A stretch of DNA of 63,853 bases, the filler included, from Octopus bimaculoides (Eukaryota), in assembly GCF_001194135.2 (NCBI RefSeq). It is 5 parts of 5 records of this genome, joined end to end, with 100 filler letters (N's around TTAATTAATTAA, not from the genome) between each part and the next. Parts side by side here need not be neighbours in the genome. Positions count along the whole stretch, not along the records: positions 62,551 to 63,853 come from NW_026401945.1; 4 more parts are not named here. One strand, written 5' to 3'. Each line of letters starts with the position of its first letter. Positions within the stretch are counted from its first letter, which is position 1. Below, one piece after another: positions 63,555-63,853 of the stretch. The position numbers were made by a program, and so were the translations under genes. The notes under the pieces are model-generated. The model did no database searches, was not told where the DNA came from, and saw only the letters and a list, made by a program, of their open reading frames with translations.

Positions 63555-63732
63555 TAACATCGAAAAATACCTTAGGAATGAGAAGCCGCGATCGAAATTT
63601 CCCCAAGACACCTGATGACGGCTGGAAGGTATATCAGCCGAAAAGTTGTGTTAACAACAAACAAGATGAGGACAAATGTAAATGATGTAAATAATGTACA
63701 TAATTCCGCATCTCTTAAATATAGAACTGTAT
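63555..63732 (+). mobile_element. Penelope-like/retrozyme-like unit with hammerhead motif (63607-63652)
   Basis: GACAC-CTGATGA-C-GGCTG-gaaggtatat-CAGCC-GAAA-AGTT-GTGTT. Stem II is intact; C15.2 is changed to A. Confidence 0.75.
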
Positions 63733-63853
63733 TACAAGCATATATGTTAGTATGCATGGAAATATATACTTGTATACGCATGTATACAAGTGTGTGTGCG
63801 TGCGTGCGTGCACGTGCTCGTCTTCGCTTGCGCGTGTGGGGATGAGAGAGAGA

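Overview
Eukaryotic, AT-rich, repeat-dominated draft-genome sequence. The microsatellite load and tRNA-derived SINE families look like an octopus genome (inference from recalled repeat sequences, no database search run). Four 100-bp N-TTAATTAATTAA-N spacers split the window into five pieces (1-23089, 23191-45785, 45886-61222, 61323-62450, 62551-63853) whose adjacency is not proven. No complete protein-coding gene can be read, and nearly all listed ORFs are microsatellite or N-gap artefacts. Recognisable coding remnants are all transposon-derived: R4/Dong-like RT/REL non-LTR pieces, two RTE LINE 3' ends, three mariner transposase remnants plus a C-terminal mariner piece, and a pogo/Tigger HTH. 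There are at least four SINE-like families and hAT, piggyBac and mariner MITEs. The most interesting signals are: (i) a ~190-nt repeat carrying a minimal hammerhead-ribozyme motif, in three places including a head-to-head inverted pair; (ii) two duplicated 21-nt blocks conserved exactly as AG-exon-GT; (iii) a helix-rich, partly HDV-like region in front of an R4/Dong fragment; (iv) a 294-bp foldback with A-C mismatches; (v) a CpG-poor 22-kb piece with candidate microexons and an AG|GT recursive-splice-like site.
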